This document shows positions 1 through 6,486 of a stretch of DNA of 10,750 nucleotides, piece after piece. The notes beneath the pieces were generated by a model, which was given only the letters and a program-made list of their open reading frames with translations, was not told the origin of the DNA and searched no databases. How positions within the stretch are numbered: position 1 is the stretch's first letter; every line of letters starts with the position of its first letter. The position numbers and the translations under genes are program-made. Origin of the DNA: Candidatus Cloacimonadota bacterium (GTDB taxonomy: Bacteria > Cloacimonadota > Cloacimonadia > Cloacimonadales > WRIO01); contig JAKQQL010000404.1 of assembly GCA_029564175.1 (NCBI GenBank), forward strand, positions 1 to 10,750, written 5' to 3'.

Positions 1-236
1 TTTTTATGAGAAATATAATCAGGGTAACTATTCTCAAACATCAGTTTTTCTTCAAGGGTAAAATGCTCAACGGCATAATTTGCTAATTTGGTAAACAATT
101 CTCCCATTACCTGTTTGCTTTTTCCCTGAGCCATCGCATCGTGTAATTCATTAATATAGGAGACTAACATCTGATGTTGTTTGTCGATTTCAGCTATTTT
201 TACTGAGAAAGTATTGTTCCATTCTAAATAGGCCAT
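1..236 (-). CDS. Bacteriohemerythrin (hemerythrin-family di-iron O2-binding protein), 3' end outside the window
   Basis: Not in the ORF track; translated by hand from ATG at 236: MAYLEWNNTFSVKIAEIDKQHQMLVSYINELHDAMAQGKSKQVMGELFTKLANYAVEHFTLEEKLMFENSYPDYISHK... It shows the hemerythrin pattern W-x3-F-S-V...ID-x-QH (H21), H58-F-x2-E62-E63-x-L-M, Y-P...H77. Strong SD AGGAGGA 4 nt upstream. Frame is open to base 1. Confidence 0.93.
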   Translation of the reverse strand, partial: MAYLEWNNTFSVKIAEIDKQHQMLVSYINELHDAMAQGKSKQVMGELFTKLANYAVEHFTLEEKLMFENSYPDYISHK

Positions 237-240
237 TTTA

Positions 241-247
241 TCCTCCT
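241..247 (-). promoter_or_regulatory. Ribosome-binding site for the hemerythrin gene
   Basis: Minus strand reads CAGGAGGA-TAAA-ATG. Confidence 0.8.
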
Positions 248-261
248 GTTATTTTCATTTG

Positions 262-1476
262 TTAAATTGAGACAGATTCTGTTATCCGTTTTCTTAGGAT
301 TCCGTTATCAGGAACAGACTTAGATACAGGAATTTTAACCACAGTATTCGGTTTGGTAAATTCTATCGGTAGCTCATTTTCATCAAACAAATGAGTAATT
401 TTTATTTCAAAATCATCATTAATATCAGGAAAAATAAAACCGATTGTTTCATTAACTGAAAATTTACTCAAAACAGACACCCATACATTTTGATTATCTG
501 ATTTGATAATATTGCCTAAATACTGCCAATCACGGCTGTATGCAGAAGTACTGTAATGTTGAGTATGTTCGGAATTAAATCCATTGTAGAAGCCATCAGA
601 ATAAATACGATGACTCACTTTATCAAGTTCATCAAACCATTTATCATCTATCAGATTCCCTGATTTAACTGCGTCAAGAGCCTGACGATACGTTCTTACC
701 ACATTGGCGACATAGTAATTACTCTTCATCCGGCCTTCTATCTTAATACTGTCAATACCAAGTTCATATATTTCTTTAATATATTTCCATAAACATAAGT
801 CTTTAGAATTAAAGAAATAAGTGCCATGCTGATCTTCTTCAACCGGAAAATACTGACCAGGACGGCTTTCTTCCATTACGGAATAATTCCATCGGCAAGG
901 ATGAGTACATTCTCCCAAATTCGCATGTCGGTTGTTAAAATAGGCACTGATCAAACAACGGCCTGAATAAGAAATACACATGGCTCCATGTACAAATATT
1001 TCTATTTCCATATCAGGGCATTTTTGCCTGATTTCTGTAATTTCTTCAAAGGTGAGTTCACGAGCCAAAATAACTCTTCTGGCCCCTAAGTCTTGCCAAA
1101 ATTTTACGGTTTGCCAATTGGTAATATTTGCCTGAGTACTGATATGAATTGGAATTTCAGGAGCATATTTTTGAACCATCCTGAAAACAGACGGATCAGA
1201 AAGTATAATTCCATCCAGTTTTAAGCTTCCTAAAAACTGAATATAGTTTTCCAACCCTTCAAGATGTTGGTTGTGGGCATAAATATTGGTGGTAATAAAA
1301 ATCTTTTTTTGAAGAGAATGGCAATATTCTACGAGTTGAGACAGCTGTTCGTCATCAAGATTATCTGCTTTTGCTCTCAGACTAAATTGTTTTCCCCCTG
1401 TGTAGATCGCGTCAGCCCCATAATGTAAAGCATATTTCGCTTTTTCAAAATTTCCTGCAGGTGCGAGTAATTCCAT
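262..1476 (-). CDS. trhP: Peptidase U32 family protein, TrhP/YegQ/YrrO-like Fe-S, prephenate-dependent tRNA uridine-34 hydroxylase
   Basis: N-terminal MELLAPAG and GADAIYTGG..FSLR; HISTQAN; ARRVILARE; EIFVHGAMC with an exact CX6CX15CX3C cluster motif (CISYSGRC...GECTHPCRW); FNSKDLC; SIKIEGRMKS; short C-terminal beta domain. 404 aa fits TrhP rather than the longer RlhA. Family call is firm; the specific orthology is inferred. Confidence 0.85.
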   Translation of the reverse strand: MELLAPAGNFEKAKYALHYGADAIYTGGKQFSLRAKADNLDDEQLSQLVEYCHSLQKKIFITTNIYAHNQHLEGLENYIQFLGSLKLDGIILSDPSVFRMVQKYAPEIPIHISTQANITNWQTVKFWQDLGARRVILARELTFEEITEIRQKCPDMEIEIFVHGAMCISYSGRCLISAYFNNRHANLGECTHPCRWNYSVMEESRPGQYFPVEEDQHGTYFFNSKDLCLWKYIKEIYELGIDSIKIEGRMKSNYYVANVVRTYRQALDAVKSGNLIDDKWFDELDKVSHRIYSDGFYNGFNSEHTQHYSTSAYSRDWQYLGNIIKSDNQNVWVSVLSKFSVNETIGFIFPDINDDFEIKITHLFDENELPIEFTKPNTVVKIPVSKSVPDNGILRKRITESVSI

Positions 1477-2768
1477 TATGAACTCATAGAAGTCAGCATA
1501 TCTGCATTACTTTTACTGTCAGAGACTTTTTGTCTCAGGGTTTCCATACCTTGAACAGGATTCATCGTTTTAAGGAATTTTCTTAGCACAAACATCCTGT
1601 TTAATTCAGTTTTTGATAATAGTAATTCTTCTCGACGGGTTCCTGAACGAATCAAGTCTATTGCAGGGAATAAACGCATATCACTGATTGCACGGTCAAG
1701 AACCAATTCCATGTTACCGGTTCCTTTAAATTCTTCAAAAATAACCTGATCCATTCGACTGCCAGTATCAACTAAAGCAGTAGCAATAATCGTTAAGCTG
1801 CCCGCTTCTTCTGTTTTTCTGGCTGAGCCAAAGAAACGTTTTGGTTTATGCATCGCATTGGCATCAATACCACCAGACATGATTTTTCCGCTGGAAGGTG
1901 AATTATTGTTATAAGCACGTGCCAAACGGGTAATACTATCTAACACAATAACAACATCCTGATTCATTTCCACCAGACGTTTCGCTTTTTCGATCACGAT
2001 TTCAGCTACCATTGTATGATTTTTTGCAGTTTCGTCAAAAGTAGAGCTAATCACTTCAGAATTAAAAGGATAAATTATTCTTTTCATTTCAGTCACTTCT
2101 TCAGGTCTTTCATCAACCAACAAAACGATCACATACACTTCAGGATGATTAACCAGTATGGCATTGGCAATATTCTGCATTAAAACGGTTTTACCAGTTC
2201 TGGGAGCAGCCACAATCAATCCACGCTGGCCTTTTCCAATAGGAGAAAACAGGTTAACAATACGAGTTGAAATCTTATCTACATTAACCTTAGCTTCAGC
2301 TAATTTAACTTCAGGCACTTCTAAATCCAGTTTTTCAGTTGGGTAATAAGGCGTGAGTTCTTCGAATGGTGTTATCTCCTGTATCTTACTTGGATCCATA
2401 TAATTGACGGCATCCACCCTCAACATAGCAAAATACTTTTCGCCTTCTTTAGGTGAACGGACAGGTCCTGTTACCATATGACCACGTTTCAGTCCAAATC
2501 GTTTAATCTGATTTAACGACACATAAACGTCATCTCGACCAGGGATGTAATTATTTTCAGGATATCTTAAAAAACCATATCCATCATCAGTAATATCTAG
2601 ACAACCAGTTGTATATGCAAGCCCTTCCTGTTCAGCGATTGCTTCAAAAATTTTATATATTAAATCAGGTTTTTTAAAATCCTGAGGTTTTTTGATATCC
2701 AGTTCTTTAGCTGTTTTTAACAATTGCTGCAAATTCATAGCAAATATTTCTTCGCTGGTGTACGCCAT
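1476..2768 (-). CDS. rho: Transcription termination factor Rho
   Basis: Rho N-terminal helix bundle, RNA-binding domain (DGYGFLR, DDVYVS..QIKRFGL), [19 protein letters not shown]alker [26 protein letters not shown]alker [36 protein letters not shown] at 2777-2782. Confidence 0.99.
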   Translation of the reverse strand: MAYTSEEIFAMNLQQLLKTAKELDIKKPQDFKKPDLIYKIFEAIAEQEGLAYTTGCLDITDDGYGFLRYPENNYIPGRDDVYVSLNQIKRFGLKRGHMVTGPVRSPKEGEKYFAMLRVDAVNYMDPSKIQEITPFEELTPYYPTEKLDLEVPEVKLAEAKVNVDKISTRIVNLFSPIGKGQRGLIVAAPRTGKTVLMQNIANAILVNHPEVYVIVLLVDERPEEVTEMKRIIYPFNSEVISSTFDETAKNHTMVAEIVIEKAKRLVEMNQDVVIVLDSITRLARAYNNNSPSSGKIMSGGIDANAMHKPKRFFGSARKTEEAGSLTIIATALVDTGSRMDQVIFEEFKGTGNMELVLDRAISDMRLFPAIDLIRSGTRREELLLSKTELNRMFVLRKFLKTMNPVQGMETLRQKVSDSKSNADMLTSMSS

Positions 2769-2776
2769 TTGAAAGT

Positions 2777-2782
2777 CTCCTT
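2777..2782 (-). promoter_or_regulatory. Ribosome-binding site for rho
   Basis: Minus strand reads AAGGAG-ACTTTCAA-ATG (8-nt spacer). Confidence 0.8.
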
Positions 2783-2808
2783 AAGTTATTTGGTTACGTT
2801 TGATTCTA

Positions 2809-2836
2809 AATTTAATAACTTTATTCAAAATGTCAA
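2809..2836 (-). promoter_or_regulatory. Putative sigma70 promoter for the rho operon
   Basis: Minus strand: perfect -35 TTGACA (2836-2831), 16-nt spacer, -10 TAAATT (2814-2809); A/T tracts upstream resemble an UP element. Confidence 0.6.
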
Positions 2837-2841
2837 GAAAA

Positions 2842-2914
2842 AAATCAAAGCTTTTAGAAAAAAAATTAAAATCATTCATTTTCTAAAAAAAAGCATTGAC
2901 AAAAGCTTTGATTT
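2842..2914. repeat. Perfect 14-bp inverted repeat in the divergent promoter region
   Basis: AAATCAAAGCTTTT (2842-2855) is the exact reverse complement of AAAAGCTTTGATTT (2901-2914), 45-nt spacer. A second 10-bp inverted repeat, TTTTAGAAAA (2852-2861) / TTTTCTAAAA (2879-2888), overlaps the left arm. Confidence 0.85.
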
Positions 2915-2926
2915 CATTATTATACT
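2896..2926 (+). promoter_or_regulatory. Putative sigma70 promoter for the two-component operon
   Basis: Perfect -35 TTGACA (2896-2901), then TATTAT (2918-2923, 16-nt spacer) or TATACT (2921-2926, 19-nt spacer), about 35 nt before the ATG at 2959. Confidence 0.65.
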
Positions 2927-2958
2927 AACAAAAAATCTAAGTAGGATGAGCTACTCTT

Positions 2959-4743
2959 ATGATAAATCTAATAAACATAGAAAAGCTAAAAAATCTTTCC
3001 ATAAAAAACAAGCTGATTGCAATCACGGTTACTACTGCTACAATTGCTTTATTTATTGGATTTTCTTTTGTCATTTTTAATACGGTTAAGACATTTCGGT
3101 CTGAAATGCTTGCCAGTTCAGTTATGCATGCCAGACTACTCTGTGAATACACCGTTACACCCCTTGAATTTCAGTATAAATATGCTGCCGATGAAGTACT
3201 GGATAAGTTAAAAACAATCCCTGATATAGAAGCGGGTATCATTTTTGATGCCAATGGACAAGTTTTTTCTTCTTACTACAAATTCAGAAAAAACATTGAA
3301 GAGATAAAGTTTTCTCCCTTGCAAAGACAAAACAGTTATTTTAAAAAGGATCATCTCTACGTATATCAGCCAATTGTTTCAAATGGCATTGTTATTGGAA
3401 CTTTATTTCTTAAAGTATCTTCTGATAGTCTTAAGCAAAGAATCAGTAATTATATCAAAACAATGAACTGGATTTTACTTTTTATTCTGCTTTTGATATT
3501 TATTGTCTCAATTGCCCTGCAAAAAAGTATTTCAAAACCAATTCTGGATTTAGCAGATTATAGTAAAAAAGTCGCATTAAATGAAAACTACACGATTGAT
3601 TTTAATCAGAACAGAACAGACGAAATTGGAGTATTGTATAACAGTTTTGCTCAAATGATTCAGAAAATACAGGAAAGAATGCATGAGAGAGATGAAGCCA
3701 ATAATTCTCTGATAGACAGAACAATAGAACTGACAGAAGCATTGGAAGATTTAAAACAAACACAAAACCATCTGATTCAGTCAGAAAAAATGGCTGCTTT
3801 AGGACAATTGATTGCAGGTGTCGCTCACGAAGTGAATACACCATTGGGAGCTATCCGTTCATCTGTTGGCAATATTTTACAAAATTTTACTGAGACCCTC
3901 TCGTCTTTACCTGAATTTTTCTGTTCTATCAGTGATGATGAGAAGATATTCCTTCATGGCCTGATAAATAAGTCACTCAACTACAATCATCATTTATCAG
4001 CTAAAGAAGAAAGACAATATAAAAGATCTATCTCAGCGATATTGGATGAACACGAAGTAAATCATTCGCGTGAAGTTGCTGATACATTAGTTGATATGGG
4101 TATATTTGATGATATTGAAGCCTGCGTTCCTTTTTTAAAGAGAGAGAATGGCTTTGACATACTGCAAAAGGCATATAAACTCAGCAGTATTCAACGTAGT
4201 GCCAACAATATCAACATCGCTACAGATAAAGCATCAAAAGTAGTGTTTGCGCTTAAAAATTATGCCCGTTATGATCACACCGGTGAAATGACTATGTCAG
4301 ATATAACAGAAGGAATTGAAACCGTTTTAACCCTCTATCAGAATCAGATGAAACATGGAATTGAACTTATTAAAGAGTTTGAACCAATACCTCAGCTGAT
4401 GTGTTATCCGGATGAACTGAATCAGGTCTGGACAAACATCATTCACAATGCCATTCAGGCAATGGACAATAAAGGGATACTGGCAATCAAACTAAGATCT
4501 GATGAGAATTTTATCCGCATTTGTATTACAGATAGTGGGAAAGGAATCCCAGAAAGCATTAAAGACCGGATATTTGAGCCATTTTTTACCAGCAAACCCA
4601 AAGGGGAAGGAAGTGGCTTAGGTCTAGATATTGTAAAAAAAATAATAGAAAAGCACAATGGCATGATAAAAGTTGAGAGTAAACCTGGAAAAACCACTTT
4701 CTGTATCTCTCTGCCAATCAATTCAAAAATGGGGGAATCATGA
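2959..4743 (+). CDS. Membrane sensor histidine kinase: TM - CHASE8-like periplasmic domain - TM - HAMP - HisKA (NtrB-like, long helical insert) - HATPase_c
   Basis: SIKNKL + TM1 (~aa19-41); periplasmic segment TPLEF...AADEVLDKLKTIPDIEAGIIFDANGQVFSSY resembles the YfiN-type CHASE8 pattern; TM2 from aa169; HAMP ISKPILDL...DEIGVLYNSFAQM; H-box AHEVNTPLG (H290); N-box LNQVWTNIIHNAIQAM; G1 DSGKGIP; F-box FEPFFTSK; G2 GSGLGL. The kinase call is firm; the CHASE8 call is moderately firm. Confidence 0.92.
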   Translation: MINLINIEKLKNLSIKNKLIAITVTTATIALFIGFSFVIFNTVKTFRSEMLASSVMHARLLCEYTVTPLEFQYKYAADEVLDKLKTIPDIEAGIIFDANGQVFSSYYKFRKNIEEIKFSPLQRQNSYFKKDHLYVYQPIVSNGIVIGTLFLKVSSDSLKQRISNYIKTMNWILLFILLLIFIVSIALQKSISKPILDLADYSKKVALNENYTIDFNQNRTDEIGVLYNSFAQMIQKIQERMHERDEANNSLIDRTIELTEALEDLKQTQNHLIQSEKMAALGQLIAGVAHEVNTPLGAIRSSVGNILQNFTETLSSLPEFFCSISDDEKIFLHGLINKSLNYNHHLSAKEERQYKRSISAILDEHEVNHSREVADTLVDMGIFDDIEACVPFLKRENGFDILQKAYKLSSIQRSANNINIATDKASKVVFALKNYARYDHTGEMTMSDITEGIETVLTLYQNQMKHGIELIKEFEPIPQLMCYPDELNQVWTNIIHNAIQAMDNKGILAIKLRSDENFIRICITDSGKGIPESIKDRIFEPFFTSKPKGEGSGLGLDIVKKIIEKHNGMIKVESKPGKTTFCISLPINSKMGES

Positions 4744-5135
4744 GAAATAAACCAGTTATATTGTGTGTAGATGATGAAAAGATTATTTTAGATAGTTTAA
4801 AAATGCAATTAAAAAATCATTTTAATGATATGTTTGTATATGAAACAGCTGAAAACGCAAGCGATGCCCTCGATTTTATAGATGAATTGGTCGGTGATGG
4901 TGTCAGGATATTAATTATCGTGTCTGATTGGCTCATGCCAGGGATTAAGGGAGATGATTTTTTAATCCTTGTTCATGAAAAATATCCTGAAATTATAAAA
5001 GTGCTACTTACCGGTCAGGCAGATGAACAGGCGATTCAACGTGCTTATGAAAAAGCGAATCTACTTAAATGTCTCCATAAACCATGGCACGAGAAAGAGT
5101 TGGTTGAAGTTATCCAGGCGGGGTTAGGATCATGA
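4740..5135 (+). CDS. Single-domain (CheY-like) response regulator
   Basis: VDDE acidic pocket, VSD63WLMP phospho-acceptor, LLT91G, K114PW; 131 aa with no output domain. ATGA overlap with the kinase stop, preceded by GGGGGA. Confidence 0.95.
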   Translation: MRNKPVILCVDDEKIILDSLKMQLKNHFNDMFVYETAENASDALDFIDELVGDGVRILIIVSDWLMPGIKGDDFLILVHEKYPEIIKVLLTGQADEQAIQRAYEKANLLKCLHKPWHEKELVEVIQAGLGS

Positions 5136-6343
5136 AGAAAAAACCGATAATAATGATTGTAGATGACGAAAAAGTAGTTTTAGACAGTTTAAAAACAGAG
5201 TTAAAAGAACAATTTCAGAACAGGTATCTGATCGAAACTGCTGAAGGGGGTTATGACGCCCTAGAGTTATTCAGAGAGTTAATTGCTGATCAGTACGAGA
5301 TACCTGTTGTTGTATCAGACTACATCATGCCTGACTTAAAAGGCGATGATCTGTTACGCTATATTCATGAATTCTCACCTGAAACCAAAAAAATCATGTT
5401 AACAGGCCAGGCAGATGTTCAGGCCGTTGCTAATGCTGTCAATTACGCCATGTTATACCGGTTTATTGGAAAGCCATGGAATAAAGAGGATCTGGCTCTG
5501 ACAATTCAAAGTGGTCTCAATAGTTATTATGATGCTAAATATATTGAAGAACAGAATAATGAAATCAGAGAGTTAAACAAAAACCTCGATATAAAAGTCC
5601 AGGAGAGAACAAAAGAGTTGGTTGAAGCACTCGCTGCAAAAAATAAATTCTTCTCGATTATCTCTCATGATCTTAAAAATCCATTATCAATTCTACTGAC
5701 TTCTGAGGAAATGCTGTTAGAGTATTTCGATTCTTATGAAAAAGAAGAAATCAAAGATTTAGTTGAAAAAATGCATGTAGGCACAAAACGGATTTCTGAT
5801 TTACTGTTAAATTTACTTAGCTGGTCAAGATCACAAACAGGTAGTATCCCTTTTAATCCTGGCCTATTCAATCTGAATGAGTTACTTCTGGAAAATAAAG
5901 AGTTACTTGCATCTAATGCAGAAAATAAAAGAATATCAATAGAACTTGAGCTAAATCCAGAATTATCAAACATTTTTGCTGACAAAAACATGATCAGCAC
6001 AGTTGTTCGAAACCTGCTGAGCAATGCCATAAAATTTACCCCAGTTTCAGGGAAAGTATCAGTCAAATCAATGAAAGTCAATGACCATTATATCATATCA
6101 ATTAGTGACAATGGAGTGGGAATCAGTCCTGAAAATCAGGAAAAACTTTTTAAAGTAGGTAAAAACTTCTCCACAAAAGGAACCGAAAAAGAAACAGGTA
6201 CTGGCCTCGGTTTATTACTTTGTAAAGAATTTATCGAAAAACATAATGGTAAAATCTGGGTAGAAAGTCTAACTGGCGTAGGAAGCACATTTTTGTTCTC
6301 ACTCTCTACAGACAGTAATCAGATATTGTTAACAGAGAAATAA
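5132..6343 (+). CDS. Cytoplasmic hybrid protein: receiver domain - coiled coil - histidine kinase
   Basis: Receiver VDDE / VSD63YIMP / MLTG / KPW; coiled coil NNEIRELNKNLDIKVQERTKEL; H-box ISHDLKNPL (H179); N-box VRNLLSNAIKFT; DNGVGI; GTGLGL. No transmembrane segment. ATGA overlap with the upstream gene. Confidence 0.95.
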   Translation: MKKKPIIMIVDDEKVVLDSLKTELKEQFQNRYLIETAEGGYDALELFRELIADQYEIPVVVSDYIMPDLKGDDLLRYIHEFSPETKKIMLTGQADVQAVANAVNYAMLYRFIGKPWNKEDLALTIQSGLNSYYDAKYIEEQNNEIRELNKNLDIKVQERTKELVEALAAKNKFFSIISHDLKNPLSILLTSEEMLLEYFDSYEKEEIKDLVEKMHVGTKRISDLLLNLLSWSRSQTGSIPFNPGLFNLNELLLENKELLASNAENKRISIELELNPELSNIFADKNMISTVVRNLLSNAIKFTPVSGKVSVKSMKVNDHYIISISDNGVGISPENQEKLFKVGKNFSTKGTEKETGTGLGLLLCKEFIEKHNGKIWVESLTGVGSTFLFSLSTDSNQILLTEK

Positions 6344-6486
6344 CAAAAGTCCTCCATTAAACGAATGAAAAAAGTAATATATAGTTAAAACAACAGGGAC
6401 AGACTTATAAGTTTAAACATAAAAGCCTTAAATTATCATTATCATCGTTAAGTATCCGATATGTCAGATAATATGTACCCACACTT

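Noticed and set aside
262..1476. U32 protein as a collagenase/protease
   Set aside because: Legacy family label; the intact CX6CX15CX3C motif and lack of a signal peptide fit the Fe-S hydroxylase members.
2724..3211. ORFs 2724-3080 (+), 2937-3152 (-) and 3017-3211 (+)
   Set aside because: They span the A-tract promoter region or overlap rho and the kinase; the K/F/I-rich composition reflects AT-rich DNA; no motifs.
6453..6470. Hairpin TATCTGA-CATA-TCGGATA (minus strand) as the receptor's terminator
   Set aside because: AT-rich 7-bp stem with a G-U pair and no following U-tract; too weak to call.
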